A DNA stretch of 63,005 bases, filler included, from Chiloscyllium plagiosum (GCF_004010195.1; 4 parts of one record of this genome joined end to end with filler, not necessarily neighbours in it), one strand, 5' to 3'. Shown: positions 12,525-25,029, counted from the first letter of the whole stretch. A program made the numbers and translations. The notes: generated by a model not told the origin, from the letters alone.

Positions 12525-12870
12525 CTAGGCGATGGCCTAGTGGTATTATTACTGGCCCATTCATCCAGGGACTCAGGTAATATCCTGGGGACCTAGGCAC
12601 AAATCTGTACATGACAAGTGGTGGAATTTGAACTCAATTTAAAAAAAATCAAATCTAGAATTGAGAGTCTAATGATGATCACAGGTCAATTGCCAATTGT
12701 TGGGAAAAATATCAGGTTCACTAATGTCCTTCAGGGAGGGAAACTGCCATCCTTACCTGATCTGGACCCCAGACCCACAGCAATGTGGTTGACTTTTAAC
12801 TGCCCTCTAGGTAATTAGGGATGGGCAGCAAATGCTGGCCAGTGACACGAAGAATGAATTTAAAAAATGC
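12525..12870 (+). mobile_element. SINE-B, near full length
   Basis: A-box-like tggcctagtggt. Body ggttcactaatgtccttcagggagggaaactgcc. Tail shared with LINE family 2, with an A-rich end. Confidence 0.8.
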
Positions 12871-12889
12871 AGTTTAACAAGACCATGAA

Positions 12890-13160
12890 TAAATAAGCCC
12901 ATGGCTGATCTGATACTCCATTATCTTGCACTCCATTTGTTTATCAACAATCTCCCTACCTCTGCCTTAAAAATATTCAAAGACTTCTACCACCAATCAA
13001 GTTCCCAAGAGAATACATTTTTCCTTCTCTCCATCTTAAGTGGACATCTTCTTACTGTTAAGCATTGACCCCGTGGTTCTAAATTCTCCAGTAAGAGAAA
13101 GACTTTTGCCTATATCCACCTTGTTATGACTCAACAGGATCTTATATATTTCAATTAAGC
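12890..13160 (-). mobile_element. Old CR1 3' fragment
   Basis: RGLIEIYKIL in ORF 13036..13266. Confidence 0.65.
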
Positions 13161-13177
13161 CTCTGAAGGTGGACAGG

Positions 13178-13337
13178 AGAAAGTGAGGACTGCAGATGCT
13201 GGAGATCAGAGCTGAAAATGTGTTGCTGGAAAAGCGCAGCAGGCCTGAAGAAGGGCTCATACCCAAAATGTCGATTCTCCTGCTCCTTGGATGCTGCCTG
13301 ACCTGCTGCGCTTTTCCAGCAACACATTTTCAGCTCT
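13178..13337. mobile_element. PLE family A fold-back mini-element with 17-bp TSD
   Basis: Inverted arms cagagctgaaaatgtgttgctggaaaagcgcagcagg. ctctgaaggtggacagg occurs at 13161-13177 and 13334-13350. Confidence 0.88.
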
Positions 13338-13589
13338 GAAGGTGGACAGGCAGGTTGAAACAGTTGTTAAGGTGGCCTATAGGATCCTTGACTTTATAAA
13401 TAGAGGCAGAGAGTCTAAAAGCAAGAAAGTGATGTTACTCAACTATCAAACACATTTGGAGTATTGTGTTTTGCTCTGGGCACCTTATTAAAGCCCTGGA
13501 CATTCACAGGAGACTTTCTAGAATGAAACCAGGAATGAGGGATTTTAGATGCAAGGAAAGATTGGAGAGATTGGGCTTACTCTCCTTGG

Positions 13590-13807
13590 TTGAAACTTTA
13601 TTGCTGGAACAGCACAGCAGGTCAGGCAGCATCCAGGGAACAGGAGATTCGACGTTTCGGGCACAGGCCCTTCTTCAGGAATCCTGAAGAAGGGCCTGTG
13701 CCCAAAACGTCTAATCTCCTGTTCCCTGGATGCTGCCTGACCTGCTGTGCTGTTCCAGCAATAAAGTTTCAACTTTGATCTCCAGCATCTGCAGACCTCA
13801 CTTTCTC
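13590..13807. mobile_element. PLE family A near-perfect palindromic mini-element with 14-bp TSD
   Basis: 13589-13773 is an inverted repeat centred on 13681. cttactctccttgg occurs at 13576-13589 and 13808-13821. Confidence 0.93.
13645..13684 (-). ncRNA. Minimal type I hammerhead ribozyme motif (family A), core intact
   Basis: Minus strand reads ggattc CTGAAGA a GGGC ctgt GCCC GAAA CG TC gaatct. 6-bp stem I, 4-bp stem II, ACGT palindrome, GUC site. Confidence 0.82.
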
Positions 13808-14197
13808 CTTACTCTCCTTGGAGCAGAGAAGATTAAGAGGTGACCTTATTGAGATGTTTGAAATTATGAACAATTCTGACAGAAGGATATTCTGTTTCCA
13901 CTAGTTGGTATTTCAATAACAGCTACAAGAGAGTGAGGAGTGACATAAGGAGAAACTTCTTTACTCAGAGAGTTGTTAGGATTTGGAATGTGCTGTCTGA
14001 GAGAGTGGTGGAGGCAGATTCCACAGGAGGTTTCAAAAGAGAGCTGGATCTCTATTTGAAAGGGATGAATTTAAAGGGCTACAGAGATAGGGCCGGAGCA
14101 TGGGACTAGCTGGGTAGCTCTTTCAGGAGCCAGTATAGACACAATGGGTCAAACGACCTCCTTCTATACTGTAAAGTTCTATGATTCTAAACATCAG

Positions 14198-14296
14198 GAG
14201 AAAGTGGCTAGTTAATTTTAACCTTAGTGCGAAGCCTCTTCCAAGGTTGCCTACCTTAGAGAAGTTCTCCTTGAAGGGCTTATGCCCGAAACATCG
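14198..14296. mobile_element. Very short PLE family A derivative with 13-bp TSD
   Basis: Starts gagaaagtg and ends gaagggcttatgcccgaaacatcg. ttctaaacatcag occurs at 14185-14197 and 14297-14309. Confidence 0.72.
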
Positions 14297-14644
14297 TTCT
14301 AAACATCAGTCAATACTGTTCTTTCTTGTCTCATGAGGCAACTCGCTTATTCCATGGTTCGGTGTGGTAAACCTCCTTTGAAATACTTCCAATGAATTTC
14401 CATCCTCCCTTAAATAAGGAGATTCACAGCTGCACACGTCAGTCCGGACTTGGTCACACCACTCACTTGGGTGCTCTGTAAGATTGAAGCAGAACCTCCC
14501 CACTTTAGCATTTAATTCTCCTCTCAAAAAATGCAGGGGGTTACTTAAAAAAAATTAGGAGAATGCATGAGAAAACACTGGGGGGTGAATTGGAAGATGA
14601 TTCAAAAATATTTTGTCTGTACATTCGAGGCAAGAGTCTCACAT

Positions 14645-15950
14645 GGCTGACTGGTTAAGAAGCTAAGAGCCCATGGGTTCCACAGCAATGTGGGCCCAAA
14701 ATGAGCGAAGTGAGAGGAGGCAGAGAGTGCTGCTTGAAAGTTGTTTAGTGACTGGAGGCCTGTGTCCATGGGTGTATCATGGGGCTCAGTGCTAGGTCCC
14801 TTGCTGCTTGTAGCATATGGTGTGGAAGTGTCGGTGTTAGACTGGGGTGGCCAATGCCATTTGGATACAGAACTGGCTCAATGGTAGAAGACAGAGAGTG
14901 GTGGTGGAGGGTTGTTTTTCAGACTGGAGGCCTGTGACCAGTGGAGTGCCACAAGGATCGGTGCTGTGCCCTCTACTTTTTGTCATTTACATAAACGAAC
15001 ATAAGAGGTACAGTTAGTAAGTGTGCAGATGACACCAAAATTGGAGGTGTAGTGGACAGCGAAGAGGGTTACCTCAGATTACAACAGGATCTGGACCAGA
15101 TGGGCCAGTGGGCTGAGAAGTGGCAGATGGAGTTTAATTCAGATAAATGTGAGGTGCTGCATTTTGGGAAAGCAAATCTTAGCAGGACTTATACACTTAA
15201 TGGTAAGGTCCTAGGGAGTGTTGCTGAACAAAGAGACCTTGGAGTGCAGGTTCATAGCTCCTTGAAAGCGGAGTCACAGGTAGATAGGATAGTGAAGAAG
15301 ACGTTTGGCATGCTTTCCTTTATTGGTCAGAGTATTGAGTACAGGGGTTGGGAGGTCATGTTGAGGCTGTACAGGGCATTGGTTAGGCCACTATTGGAAT
15401 ATTGTGTGCAATTCTGGTCTCCTTCCTATTGGAAAGATGTTGTGAAACTTGAAAGGGTTCAGAAAAGATTTACAAGGATGTTGCCAGGGTTGGAGGATCT
15501 GAGCTATAGGGAGAGGCTGAACAGGCTGGGGCTGTTTTCCCTGGAGCATCGGAGGCTGAAGGGTGACCTTATAGAGGTTTACAAAATAATGAGGGGCATG
15601 GATAGGATATATAGACAGAGTCTTTTCCCCTGGGGTCGGGGAGTCCAGAACTAGAGGGCATAGGTTTCGGGTGAGAGAGGAAAGATATAAAAGAGACCTA
15701 AGGGGCAACCTTTTCACGCAGAGGGTGGTACGTGTATGGAATGAGCTGCCAGAGGAAGTGGTGGAGGCTGGTACAATTGCAACATTTAAGAGTTATTTGG
15801 ATGGGTATATGAATAGGAAGGATTTGGAGGGATATGGACTGGGTGCTGGCAGGTGGGATTAGATTGGGTTGGGATATCTGGTCGGCATGGACGGGTTGGA
15901 CCGAAGGGTCTGTTTCCATGCTGTACATCTCTGTGACTCTATGACTCTAA
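14645..15950 (+). mobile_element. CR1 (HER1-like) RT and 3' end, relatively young; older RT fragment at 14645-14820
   Basis: Open ORF 15052..15654 contains [29 protein letters not shown] and RLKGDLIEVYKI. The tail is tgactctatgactct. Confidence 0.95.
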
Positions 15951-16479
15951 ACTCAATTCTGTGACGGTGTGGCTTATCGGAGTTATTTATTATTCATTGC
16001 CATGTTTGCAGTTCAATGCCTGACAAAGGTCTAGCTTGATGTTCTTTAATAGAAAACACTCGAGAGAAACGTTTTTGTAATAGGGATTAAGAGATAAAAA
16101 AGAAATCAAAACAGACGTGACTAAATTGTTTGCTGTTGGTGTGGAAGTTGCGGCTTCTTGCTGACATTAATCTTGTTTATCTTAAGTCCCTGCTTTAAAA
16201 GGCTATTGTGTGAGAAAAAAATAGCAACAATTGATGATTCATTTCTCTCTCATTTTATTTCATTTTACACCAATGGAGTTAGCATTCCCAGAACTCTGCC
16301 TTGAATGGCAGGATCCTATTAGTCAATAGGAACCAGCCCAGTTCCATTGAACAGAGGAGATCTGAGAAAGAATTTCTTCATCCAGAGGATGATAATTTAT
16401 GAATGTGCTGCCGGAGAGAGTGGTGGAGGCAGATACTCTCACAACAAGCGTCTGGATGACCACTTAAAATGCATTTGAA

Positions 16480-17625
16480 CAGCACTTGGAGGAAGCACTG
16501 ACGGTGGCAAGGACACAAAATGTACTCTGGGTGGGGGGCTTCAATCACCAAGAGGGGCTCGGCAGCAGTATTACTGATTGAGCTAGTCAGGTCCGAAAGG
16601 ACACAGCTGCTAGACTGGGTCTGCAGCATGTGGTGAGGGAACCAACTAGAAAGAAAAACATACTTGACATTATCCTTACCAATCTGCCGGTGCAGATGCA
16701 TCTGGTGGCACAGTGGTTAGCACTGCTGCCTCACAGCGCCAGAGACCCGGGTTCAATTCCCACCTTGGGCAACTGTCTGTCTGGAGTTTGCACGTTCTCC
16801 CCGGCGTGGGTTTCCTCCGGGTGCTCCGGTTTCCTCCCACAGTCCAAAGATGTGCAGGTTAGGTGAATTGCCATGCTAAATTGCCCATAGTGTTAGATGT
16901 AGGGGAATGGGTTTGGGTGGGTTGCTCTACGGAGAGTCGATGTGGACTTGTTGGGCCGAAGGGCCTGTTTTCACACTGTAAGTAATCTGTCCATGACAGC
17001 ATCGGTAAGAGTGACCACCTCACAGTCCTTATGGAGACAAAGTCCTGCCTTCACTTTGAGAATACCCTCAAACGTGTTGTGTGGCACTATCACCGTGCTA
17101 GATAGGACAGACTTCAAACAGATCTAGTAACTGAAGCCTGGGCATCCATGAAGCGCTGTGAGCCATCAACAGCAGCAGAACTGTACTCCAGCACAATCTG
17201 TAACCTCATATTCCCCACTCAACCATTACCATCACACCAGGGGATCAACCCTGGTTTAATGGACAGTGCAGGAGGGCATGCCAGGTGCAGCACCAGGCAT
17301 CCCTGAAGATGAGGTGTCAACCTGGTGAAACCACTGAACAGGACTACTTGCCAAACAGTATAAGCAACAAGTGATAGACAGAGGTAAGCAATCCCACAGC
17401 CAAAGGATTAGATCTAAGCCACATCCAGTCGTGAATGATGGTGGACAATTAAGCAAGAGACTCCATAGATATCCCCATCACCAATAATGGAACAGCCCAG
17501 CACGTCAGATAAGGCTGAAGCTTTCGCAGCAATCGTCAGTCAGGAATGCCGAGTGGATGACTCATTGAGAGTGGCATTAGGAGCCCTAGCTAAACTGGAA
17601 TCAATGGGTATCGGGGGCAAACTCT
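16480..17625 (+). mobile_element. LINE family 2 fragment (endonuclease to linker region), split by HE1
   Basis: VREPTRKKNILDIILTNLP is an APE C-terminal motif. The decayed ORF continues after the HE1. Confidence 0.72.
16704..16989 (+). mobile_element. HE1-like V-SINE
   Basis: ggtggcacagtggttagcactgctgcctcacagcgccagagacccgggttcaattcc carries A and B boxes. CR1-like tail. Confidence 0.9.
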
Positions 17626-17634
17626 CTGCCTGGT

Positions 17635-18730
17635 ACCTCTCTTCCTTTGTCTCTCCGGTGTGAAAAGTCCTAACTCACTCAACATCTCTTCATAAGACAT
17701 GCCCTCCAATCCAGGCAGCATCTTGGTAAATCTCTGTTGCACCCTCACTAAAGCATCTCCATCCTTCCTATAATGAGGCAACCAGAACTGGACGCAATAT
17801 TCCAAGTGTAGTCTAACCAGGGTTTTGTACAGCTGCAGCAAAACCTCGTGGTTCTTAAACTCAATTCCCTTGTTAATGAAAACCAAAACACCATGCACCT
17901 TCTTAACCACTCTACCAACTTTGGGGGTGGCAACTTTGGGGGATCTAATCTTTGTGGACCCCAAGGTCCCACTGTTCCTCCACACTGCCAAGAATGCTGT
18001 CTTTAACCCTGTATTCAGCAGTCAAATTTGACCTTCCAAAATGAATCATTTCACATTTATTCAGGTGGAACTCCATCTGCCACTTCTCAGCTCAGCTTTG
18101 CATCCTGTCAGTGTCTTGTTGTAGCTGGCAACAGTCCTCAACACTATCCACAACACCACTGACCTTTGTGTCATCGGCAAACTTATTAACCCATCCTTCC
18201 ACTCTCTCAACCAAGTTATTTATAAAAACTACAAAGAGCAGAGGCCCAAGAACAAATCCCTGTGGGACACCACTGGTCACTGACCTCCAGGCAAAATGCT
18301 TTCCATTCATTACCACTCATGGTTATCTTTCGGCCAGCCAATTCTATATCCAGACAGCCAGGGTTCCCTGTACCCCATACCTCCTAACTTTCTGAATGAG
18401 CCTACTGTGGGGAACCTTGTCAAAAACCTCAATGAAATCCATATACACCAGATACACTGATCAACCTTCATCAACTTGTCTCGTCTCATCCTTAAAGAAC
18501 TCAATAAGACTTGTGAGGCATGACCTGCCCCTCACAAAGCCATGCTGACTATCTTTAATCAAACTATGTTTTTACAAATAGTTATAAACCCTATCTCTCA
18601 GAATCCTTTCCAGTACTTTGCTTACCACAGACGTAAGACTGACTGGCCTGTAATTCCCAGGGATTTCCCTATTCCCATTCTTGAACAGAGGAACAACATT
18701 CGGCTCCTTCATATCCTCCAATACTACTGT
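17635..18730 (-). mobile_element. CR1 RT fragment
   Basis: Contains SGVPQGFVLGP, KFADDTK and LEYCVQFW. Confidence 0.9.
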
Positions 18731-18945
18731 TGGGTTTTCGGAGAGGTTAAGTTATTCTGTATTCTGTTCTCTGTTGTTTGTGTTTCATTCAGAATCTTGT
18801 AAGTAAATTCTGTTTTTACTTAAAACTAAGTGGGTTGAACAGCTGCATCCCTCCTGGAATGTTCGTGTTACGCGTGTTTAGCAAAGTTAGGGTCTGGGCT
18901 ACTTTATTGAAATGTTTTGAGGTGGTCTGGCCTGGTCCATAACTT
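18730..18945 (+). mobile_element. LTR-like 3' fragment
   Basis: aaagttagggtctgggctac...ttttgagg...ccataac resembles the reverse complement of 23300-23360. Confidence 0.4.
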
Positions 18946-20116
18946 AGCTAAGGCTTCACACTGGGAGTGAGCATTTGCAGAATCAAGGCTCAGTTAGAAT
19001 TTTAGTGAATTCTGTAGTTTTGTTGTATTATCATGCATTCCTTGATTAGTGAGAATGCCTCTTCTTGAATACTGTTTTGGTTGCCTTGTTATGGGAGAGA
19101 TATTATCAAGCTGGAAACAGTGCAGAAAAGATTTACCAGAGTATTGCTGGACTGGAGGGCTTGAGTTATAAGGTGAGGCTGGACAGGCTGGAAAGTAGGA
19201 GGTTGAAAAGTGACCTTATCGAGGTTTACAAAAGCATGAGGAGCATAGATAAGGTGAATAGGAAAGGTATTTTCCCTCAGGTATGGCGAGTAGAAAAGTA
19301 GAGGGCGTAAATTTAAGGTAAGGGTGGAAAGATTCAAAGAAGACACCGGGGGGCAATTTCTTTACACAGAGGGTGGTTCATGTGTGGAATGAACTGCCAG
19401 AGGAAGTGGTAGATGCACAATTACAACATTTAAAAGACACTTAGACAAATACATGAATAAAGAAGTTTGGAGGCATGTGGGCAAGGGCAGACAGATGGGA
19501 CTCGTTTAGTTTGGGATTGTGGTTGGCATGGGCAAATAACAAGTTTGTAAGAGTTCTTTGATGAAGTAACCAGGAAGGTTGATGAGGGCATAGGCTATAT
19601 GGATTTCAGTAAGGCCTTTGATAAGGTTCCACATGGTAGGCTGCTGTGGAAGGTTAGATCACATGGAATCCAGGGGGAGCTGGCAAATTGGATACACAAT
19701 TGGCTTGATGGTAGAAAAGCAGAGAGTAATAGTGGATGGATGCCTGTTGGACTGGAGGGGTGTGACTAGTGGGTTGGTTCCTCAAGGGCTGGTACTGGGC
19801 CCAATACTATTTGTGATCTATGTCAGTGATTTGAATGAGAATATACAAGGCCTGATTAGTACGTTTGCACATGACACTCAAATAGGCAGTACCATGGACA
19901 GTGAAGAAGGTTATCAGAAATTGCAGCAGGACATTGATCAGCTGGGGAAGTGGGCAGAGAAATGGCAAATGGAGTTTAATGCAGATAACTGTGTGGTCTT
20001 GCATTTTGGGAAGTCAAATCAAGGTAAGATTTTCATGGTGAATGGTAGGGCTGTGAGGAGTGTAGTGGAACAGAGGGACCTTGGAGTTCAGGTGCACGGT
20101 TCTCTGAAAGTGGAGT

Positions 20117-20337
20117 TGAGAGTGTCACGCTGGAAAAGCACAGCAGGTCGGGCAGTATCCGAGAAGCAGGAGAATTGACATTTCGGGCATAAGCCCTTCA
20201 TCATTCCTGATGAAAGGCTTATGCCCGAAGCATCGATTCTCCATTTTCCTCAGATACTGTCTGACCTGCTGTGCTTTTCCAGCACTACTCTCTTGACTCT
20301 GATCTCCAGCATCTGCAGTCCTCACTTTCTCTCACTG
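20117..20337. mobile_element. PLE family A fold-back mini-element with 12-bp TSD
   Basis: Inverted arms with degenerate HHRs. tgaaagtggagt occurs at 20105-20116 and 20338-20349. Confidence 0.85.
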
Positions 20338-20789
20338 TGAAAGTGGAGTCACAGGTAGACAGGGCAGTGAAGAAGGCTTTTGGCACACTGGCCTTCATCG
20401 GTCAGGGCACTGAGTATAGAAGTTGGGAAGTTATATTGCAGATGAGGCCACGCTTGGAGTATTGTGTTCAGTTTTCACCACCATGCTGTAGGAAGGATAT
20501 TATTAAACTAGAAAGAGTGCAGAAGAAATTTGAAAATATATTGCCAGGATTAAATGGTCTGAGTTATAGGGAAAGGTTGGACAAGTTAGGACATTTTTCT
20601 TTAGACGTAGGACACTGTTGGGGGGAGTCTTATAGAGGTGTATAAGATCATGAGAGGCATGGATAGTGTGAATGCCCTCTTTCTTTTTCCCAGGGTTGGG
20701 GAATTGAGGACTAGAGGGCATCAGTTTAAGATTAGAGGGGCAAGAATAAAAGGGAACCTGAGGGGTAACTTTTTTACACAGAGGGTGGT

Positions 20790-21540
20790 ACAAAGAACAA
20801 AGAAAATTCCAGCATAGGAATAGGCACTTTGGCCGTCCAAGCTTGCGCCAGTTCAGATCCTCTATCGAAACCTGTTGCTTAATTTCTAAGAATCTGTGTT
20901 CCTGAGCTCCCTGTCCATTCATGTGTCTGTCTGGATATCTTAAATAATGCTATCAAGGCTGCCTCTATCACCTCCGCTGGCAACGCATTCCAGGCACCCA
21001 CCACCCTCTGCGTAAAGAATTTCCACACATATTTCCCTCAAACCTTGCCCCTCTCACCTTGAACTCATGACTCCGAGTAATTGAGTCCCCCACTCTGGGA
21101 AAAAGCTTCTTGCTATCCACTCTGTCTATACCTTGCATGATTTTGTAGACCTCAATCAGGTCCCCCCTCAATCTCTGTGTTTCTAATGAAAATAATTCTA
21201 ATCTATTCAACCTCTCTTCATAGCTGGCATCCTCTATACCAAGGCAACATCCTGGTGAACCTCCTCTGCACCCTCTCCAAAGCATCCACATCCTTTTGGT
21301 AATGTAGCGACCAGAACTGTACGCAGTATTCCAAATGTGGCCGAACCAAAGCCTATACCAATGACCTGCCAACCCTTGTACTCAATACCCTGTCCGATGA
21401 AGGAAAGCATGCTGCTTGCCTTCTTGACCGCTCTATCAACCTGCATTGCCACCTTCAGGGTACAGTAGACCTGAACACCCAGATTTCTCTGTACATCAAT
21501 TTTCCCCAGGACTTTTCCATTTACTTCACTGTAGAATGCG
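20790..21540 (-). mobile_element. CR1 subfamily with (ttctttg)n tail, inserted antisense
   Basis: RLRGDLIEVYKI. Tail caaagaacaaagaa at 20791. Same subfamily as 29680-30450. Confidence 0.88.
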
Positions 21541-22879
21541 TACCATTTCATATGGTATGCATATGAAGTGAGCTGCTGGCAGAAGTGGTTGAGGTGGGTA
21601 AATTGACAACATTTAAAAGGTATTTGGACAAATACATGGATAGGCAAGGTTTAGAAGGATATGGGCCAAGTGCAGGGAAAAGGGGTTAGCATGGATTGGT
21701 CAACATGGACCAGTTTTGGCCAAAGGGCTTGTCTCTGTGCTGTCAGACTCTGACTCTACGACTCTCTGACTGGTTGGACTGAAGGGCCTGTCTCCAGGCT
21801 GTATTACTCTGACTCCATAACACAACTCTCAGCTGAAGGAAAGGGAACATTTATTGCTTTGCAGCTAAATGTTGCTCTTAATGAATAATAAATGAGAAAC
21901 AGTCATTCATTTCTGTGTGCCAGTTTCATCTCACTTTAATTCATGTTTGTGCTGAAATAGAATGCTGTGGATGGAGGCTTTTGAAATAGAATACATTATC
22001 CAACAGCCTTGCCAACATTGATAGTTACAAAGCAATGCAGTGTGCAATGTGTATCAAAGGGTTAAGTTCAGCTGAAATCTTGAAGAGGTGATTTTCAAAA
22101 TATCACAGGGGAGGCTCCTTCTTAGGGCTAATTGTTTTAGAATAGGTTTCTCTGTTCTTCATAGAAGTTCAAGCCAGAACTCACAGTTTCTTTCAAACCA
22201 TATGCATTACCACTGCATACATGCTGGTAAGGAAGCAGAACTGCCTACTCTGGACTGGACTAATTCCAAACGTCCATCAGAGTTCCTCCACATGACTGCT
22301 GAGCATGCTATTAGCTACAACCTATCTCAATGGTTCATCTACATATCCATTAAACCCTGTGGCTGCACTAATAGCTGAAGACACAGAGGCTTCCAGTTCA
22401 ATTCTTTCATCCTTAGTCAGTGGTTAACTGACAATCACAGTAAGGTGGAGAAAATGACAATCACAGCCACACAGGCACTGCTATTAAAGTGGAGAAAGCA
22501 GATTGCTTAAAGAAATAACTTCCATAAGGCTCATTCTTTTAAAAACTCAACGTTTTACAAATTGGCAATATACATGACAAAAAAAGGCTACAAAGCAACG
22601 GGGTCTTGGAAATAAACGCCTCAAGTCCCCATATAACTAACAGGAAAAGTAATCCATAAGGCTCATTGAAATATACAAACAAGGAACAAGAAATGGCCAC
22701 TCATCCCTTTGAACCTGCTCACCCATTCAATAAGATCGTAGCTGATTTGATTTTAACTTCATTCCAGGATTAACCCAATGACCTTTCATTCCCTTTGGCA
22801 ATCAATACTCTCTCTACCTTTGCCTCAAAAATATTTAAAAGTTCTACATCCACTGCCTTTTGAGGAAGGGAATTCCAGG

Positions 22880-23800
22880 ATATGGTTTGAAAACAAGAGT
22901 TTGACACAGACTGTGGTTTCCCCCACTGTCAAATACGCTGTCCGACCAAACCTCCAACATCTGCTAGGCACAAGGTTGAATGGCATCTGGTGCCAGTTCC
23001 ACCATGTCTGGGTGTGTCAGTGTCTTCAGGATCAGGACTCCAAAGTAAAGGTGCCATTTTTGATTTAGTGCACTACCACCTCTGGGTTCACAGTCTTACA
23101 GCTCGGTGCTCAGTCTGGAGACCTCCTCCTATTCCCCAGGACCATGACCCCACCATTGAACATCGGGCTATCGTGTCCACAGTAGTCATTAATCTCATTT
23201 TATCTGGTGATCGCCCAACCACTGCCACCAAGCTCAGAGTCTTCCAACCCCATTCAGCCTGCTTCTACCTCCTTCCCAGAATCCAGACACAGGACAGGCC
23301 GTGCAGACCAAACTCCCCTCAAAATATATCAAGGAGATAGCCTAGATCCTAACTTTATTTTATTTAAAGGCAAGAATAAGGCGCTGAGTTCCAGATGTGA
23401 TTCGATTGGACCACTCCTGCGCTATAAGCAAAACACTCTTTATTCTTACAAGTTAAAATGCAAATAAAGAAAGAAGAATTTGTATAACTTTAACTTTATT
23501 ACAATATAGGAGATAAAATAATATAACATAGTAACATAAAATAATATAATCATAAACTACTACTTCAACAACTGTTCCAATATAGCAACATATCATAAAC
23601 ACACCCTTGGCAAAGGCAAATTCAGTAAAGCAGATCTTCGCAAGTGCTATCTCCCTTCCAGTCCAGGAGAAAGGAACACTGAAAGAAACAATCTTGCAGC
23701 AGAGAGAGAACGTTGCTACAGCAGAGAGAGTGAGCTGTATCTAACAGCTTCAACAGCCAACTCCAACTGGAAGAAAAACCAAAATCCTGGGTCTGTGTCT
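22880..23800 (-). mobile_element. LTR-retrotransposon-like remnant
   Basis: PBS-like tggtggcagtggttggg on the minus strand near 23214-23230. The adjacent AT-rich LTR-like segment resembles 18730-18945. Confidence 0.35.
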
Positions 23801-24235
23801 GCAAGGGAAACAGCACAGAACAAATCCCTCCTAAAGGCCCAATACCATCACAAAACCCATTGTTTCTGCCTGCTCGTGCCCACAGAACTCATCTCTTCCA
23901 ACCTTGACTCGATGTTTTCTTACCCTTGTCCAGTCCCCTGTCACTTACGTCACAATTCTTCTAATGCCTATCTCTTTATGGGGCAGGTGAAACATTTCTT
24001 GGTCCAGCCCTTTTCCCGCTCCCAACCACAACTCTTTCTCCAGTGCATCAATAACATCATCAGGGTTGCTTCCCTGTCTCACCTGGAATTGGAAAAGTCG
24101 ATCACTTTGGTTTCCAATTTCCACCTCACTCTCATCTTTACTCTGTTTCTCTCTCCACAGTTGCTGCCAGACCTGCTGAGTTTTTCCAGATTTGTCTGTT
24201 TTTGTTTCAGCTTCCAGCATACATAGTTCTTTGGT
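23800..24235 (+). mobile_element. PLE RT fragment with family C terminus
   Basis: LQCINNII..SHLELEKSITLVSNFH resembles the PLE YIDD region. Ends with gctgccagacctgctgagtttttccag. Confidence 0.65.
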
Positions 24236-24589
24236 TTCTTTTTAAAGTTCTCCCAGTGTCTAGGCCAGTTCTCAATCCTTGATCGTTATCTATATCAGGG
24301 TTATTTTGTTACTGCTATTTGTGGGATCTTACTGTGTACAAAGGAACTGCCATTGTTTCCACATTACAACCGTGATTACACACCTCATGTATATTGTATT
24401 GTTGTTATAGTCTGACCCATACCAGCAGATTCATGCTACAGTCTGATTTGGCACAAGATCCTCAGGGAATAAAGCCATAAGGTTCCTTGGTTTGGAACAA
24501 ACAGCAATTCACTTCACTGAACAAAGTTAGGAAAAGAAATCTGATAATTAAGGTGGAGAATTAAGGTGCACCAGGTAATTAAGGTGCAG

Positions 24590-24875
24590 GATGGTGAGTG
24601 GCTTCGAGGGCATCTTGCAAGGGGTTGGTATTCTCATGTATCTGCTGCCCTTGTCCTTCTAGATGGAAGTGGTCGTGGGTTTAGAAGGTGCTGTCTGAGG
24701 ATTGCTGGTGAATTTCTGCAGTGCATCTTGTGGATAGTATACACTGCTGCTACTCAGCGTCGGTGGTGGAGGGAGTGGATGCTTGTGGATGTTGTGCCAA
24801 TCAAGCAGGCTGCTCTGTCCCTGGATGGTGTCAAGCTTCTTGAGTGTTGTTGGGACTGCACCCATCCAGGCAAAT
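24590..24875 (-). mobile_element. LINE family 2 fragment
   Basis: MGAVPTTLKKLDTIQ. Confidence 0.8.
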
Positions 24876-25029
24876 TGGACCAGTTTAGTTTGGGAACATG
24901 CTCAGTGTAGACTAGTTGGACTGAAGGATCTGGATTCATGCTGTATGACTCTATGACTCTGTAACAGAACCCAGACTGTGTTTCTGTCTGTGATATAGTA
25001 TCTATTTAAATAGTACATGCTGGTGATTA

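Larger units (their letters stand above)
13340..14190 (+). mobile_element. CR1 3' fragment hosting the palindromic PLE insert
   Basis: LKVDRQVETVVK, HLEYCV and ERLERLGL motifs. The tail ends ctatgattct. Confidence 0.82.
19050..21820 (+). mobile_element. Two tandem CR1 fragments (19050-19530 and 19535-21820); the second is split by a PLE mini-element and an antisense CR1
   Basis: ORF 19618..20178 contains VPQGLVLGP and WQMEFN. The 3' end resumes at about 21545. Confidence 0.88.

Noticed and set aside
13545..13778. Near-identical ORFs on both strands (MKLYCWNSTAGQAAS...)
   Set aside because: This is a trivial consequence of the palindrome.
15052..15654. Functional RT gene
   Set aside because: It is a 5'-truncated CR1 fragment with frameshifts on both sides.
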